Source of the DNA: Octopus bimaculoides
Taxonomy: Eukaryota
DNA length: 64,000 nucleotides
NCBI RefSeq assembly: GCF_001194135.2
Contig: NC_068991.1
Span: forward strand, 6,924,780-6,988,779
Direction of reading: 5' to 3'
The number at the start of each line of letters is the position of its first letter. Position 1 is the stretch's first letter. The notes beneath the pieces are model-generated. The model saw only the letters and a program-made list of their open reading frames with translations, had not been told where the DNA came from and did no database searches. Shown piece after piece: positions 62,278-64,000 of the stretch. The translations under genes and the position numbers were made by a program.

Positions 62278-62684
62278 TTCTAAGGGATAAATTTTCTGCA
62301 AAACATGATGCAAAGAATGTGTCAAGAGAATCCAGATCAACAGTTAAAAGGGAAAAAAATTTCAGGAAAAAAAAAATGAAACTTGTTAATAATTGCATTA
62401 CAATTGCAACTTTTGGCTACTAAAAGTTAATTTTCAATGATTGAATTTCATGTACTCCAAATACAGATTAAAAAAAAGATATAGATCAATGTTTTCCAGA
62501 TAATACTGCAAGACTGGTTTCAATTGTAGCTGTGTAAACCCAACGTCAAGGCCAGTTTGGTTTTAAATGATATTTGGGAGACAGTGCAGTAAAAAAAATA
62601 AGATTATTAATCCAAATTATCTAGCTTCAAATGTGAAAACAAAACAAAAACATTAAAAAAAAACCCATTATATAAATTTTACAG

Positions 62685-62965
62685 CATCATCATTTAACGT
62701 CCGCTTTCCATGCTAGCATGGGTTGGACGATTTGACTGAGGACTGGCGAACCAGATGGCTTCACCAGGCTCCAATCTAATTTGGCAGAGTTTCTACAGCT
62801 GGATGCCCTTCCTAATGCCAACCACTCCAAGAGTGTAGTGGGTGCTTTTACGTGCCACCGGCACGAAGGCCAGCCAGGCGGTACTGGCAACGGCCACACT
62901 CAAAATGTTGTATTTTACAAGCCACCTGCACAGGAGCCAGTCCAGCAGCACTGGCAACGATCGCA
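62685..62965 (-). mobile_element. SINE family B
   Basis: Near-identical to 60284-60600. Confidence 0.85.
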
Positions 62966-64000
62966 ATTAAGAAATAATAGTAAATTAGTGTGGCTAAAGA
63001 TATAACTAAGAACTTACTGTAGGAATCCAGGAAAGAAAGGCTGCTAACAATCATCTGCTTCTTCCTCACACTAAAATTGAATTTGAGAAATAAATATGAT
63101 GGGGCTGTAGTAAGAATATAACAGCAGAATTTACTTTGAAAAGAAATTTTACATATGCTTCTTGATACTGATTTTTAACAATGGCTCAAAGCCACAAATT
63201 TAGTGTTGCACAGGGCAGGTAGCATATTAAATAATAATCTCAACACTAGATTCATATTTTACTGACACAAGAAAGGATGAAAGACAAAAGTGGCCTAAAC
63301 ACATGTTCAAAAGAGAGTCAGCAGACAATTTGTTGACAGGACAAATAGCAATATTATTACCACTAGCAGCTTGACAAGACAGAGGTGATATACAAGGAAA
63401 CTAATGATGAATGCAGAAGGTTTTAAAAAAAAATTTTTTAAAAAAACATCAACAAAAACAAAAACTTCTTGAAACTGCTGCCTTTATTTACAATAAGTGA
63501 AATATTCAGAGTGTAAATTCATTTGTTTTATCAGTACAGAAAACAAGGATACCAGCAAACAAAAGAGACATCAGTAGTAGTAGTAGATAATAAACCTGGT
63601 TCACAAATATTCCGTCTCCTCTAACTTTTTGATCATTACTCTAATAGTCTCTGTTTGTTGGAGGTGACTGGTCTTGTACCCCCACCATCCTAGCCCCCTC
63701 GACTCACTCATTTTTTTTCCACCACTCTTCACCTTCCCTGGCCCCACACTCTCTACAATGCCTTCTCCTTTCACCCCAGAGCATCAGCCCCTGAGAATGT
63801 CTTTCCTTTAGTTGTTAACACACATCAGTTTAAAATGGAATATCAATAGTATCACTGGCCTCAGAGATCCTGCAAAGATCATAAGCCCTGCTCCTTCCCT
63901 CAGACTCCACAAGTGGGAAAAGAAAAAAAAAAAAAGAACCTCTAAGATATATCTAAATCAAAGAGAAGACAGATGACCAATGGTCACAATGGATATTGCC

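Overview
AT-rich, microsatellite- and SINE-dense animal genomic DNA with 11 N-gaps. The repeat families resemble octopus/cephalopod repeats (inference). Two protein-coding genes are supported. (1) VPS39 (HOPS subunit Vam6/Vps39) on the minus strand: 23 coding exons traced by hand from the ATG at 53950 to 10094, all GT-AG and phase-consistent (2406 nt, 802 codons). One internal exon of about 20 codons and the last ~55 codons were not found (gap or outside the window). (2) An intronless TRPT1/Tpt1/KptA (RNA 2'-phosphotransferase) ORF at 54325-55095 (+), head-to-head with VPS39 with 374 bp between the start codons. It keeps the Arg-His-Arg-Arg catalytic tetrad and has an Arg/Asn-rich N-terminal extension ending in a PY-NLS-like motif. 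The most notable non-coding items are a 185-bp CpG-rich foldback element with inverted (TTAGGG)3 tracts and a perfect 9-bp TSD just downstream of TRPT1, a MiT/TFE (CLEAR/M-box) site in the shared promoter, a perfect RFX X-box in a VPS39 intron, a 174-bp TG..CA solo LTR nested in a SINE, and modular SINEs with internal palindromes and VNTRs. The rest is tRNA-derived SINEs, piggyBac/mariner/hAT MITEs, decayed RTE-LINE, mariner and Tigger fragments, and simple repeats. Nearly all ORFs in the supplied track are repeat or gap artefacts. All homology calls are from recalled sequences, not database searches.
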